Assembly (NCBI RefSeq): GCF_004010195.1 | Contig: NC_057752.1 | Span: 7,011,196 to 7,031,195, forward strand | Direction of reading: 5' to 3' | Source of the DNA: Chiloscyllium plagiosum | Taxonomy: Eukaryota | Length of the DNA stretch: 20,000 nt | Shown here: positions 19,541 through 20,000 of the stretch, piece by piece | Layout of the letters: each line of letters begins with the position of its first letter | How positions within the stretch are numbered: the first letter of the stretch is position 1 | Translations under genes and position numbers: made by a program | Notes under the pieces: generated by a model | Database searches by the model: none | What the model was told of the DNA's origin: nothing | The model's input: the letters and a program-made list of their open reading frames with translations, nothing else

Positions 19541-20000
19541 TTGGAAAATGTAGGGGGTGATGGATTCTCAGGGGAACGTAGCACGAACAGCCCAGTTTCT
19601 GGTATTGAGACTGGCTCTAATGCAACGAGGGGTACATCGGCTTCCAAGAGATCAATTGTGTTAGGGGATTCTGTAGTCAGAGGGACGGACAGACGTTTCT
19701 GTGGCCAGCAGAGAAAAAGCAGAATGGTGTGTTGTTTCCCTGGTGCCAGGATCAAGGATGTCTCAGAGAGGGTGCAGAATGTTCTCACGGGGGAGAGGGG
19801 CCAGCAGGAGGTCATTGTCCACATTGGAACCAACGACATTGAAAGGGAAAAGGTTGAGATTCTGAAGGGAGATTACAGAGAGTTTGGCAGAAATTTATAA
19901 AGGAGGCCCTCAAGGGTAGTAATATCTGGATTACTCCCAGAGCTATGAGCTAGTGAGGGCAGGAATAGGAGGATAGAGCAGATGAATGCACGGCTGAGGA
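19541..20000 (+). mobile_element. CR1/HER1 LINE ORF1 (SGNH esterase domain), 5'-truncated, runs off the window
   Basis: VLGDSVVRG, CFPGARI and VHIGTND motifs; the frame continues past stops at 19898 (TAA) and 19946 (TGA) as VVISGLLP...MNARLR. Confidence 0.92.

Noticed and set aside
19541..19900. Host SGNH/GDSL esterase gene
   Set aside because: It is CR1 ORF1: abrupt junction with Gypsy sequence, no true ATG start, and in-frame stops at 19898 and 19946.

Overview
Vertebrate genomic DNA, most likely a shark (orectolobiform-like repeat landscape; inferred from repeat families, not a database match). The window holds a complete minus-strand RAB5B gene: five coding exons, join(8258..8096, 5884..5733, 4744..4622, 4534..4441, 2692..2577) = 648 nt, 215 aa, all GT-AG. 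A probable non-coding exon 1 ends at 14720, preceded by an AT-rich but CpG-retaining, CCAAT-box-rich promoter (~14.75-15.12 kb). A long, apparently repeat-free 3' UTR carries several miRNA seed matches. Introns and the upstream 5 kb contain decayed retroelements: HE1-type and other tRNA-derived SINEs, Deu-domain SINE remnants, CR1/HER1 LINE pieces, two Penelope-like elements each ending in a minimal hammerhead-ribozyme motif, a solo LTR inserted in a 70-bp tandem repeat, and a Gypsy pol remnant interrupted by a CR1. I found no convincing novel protein-coding system. The most unusual signal is a local concentration of perfect short palindromes plus two apparent hairpin-flanked micro-inversions inside old intronic repeats, suggesting template-switch mutagenesis.
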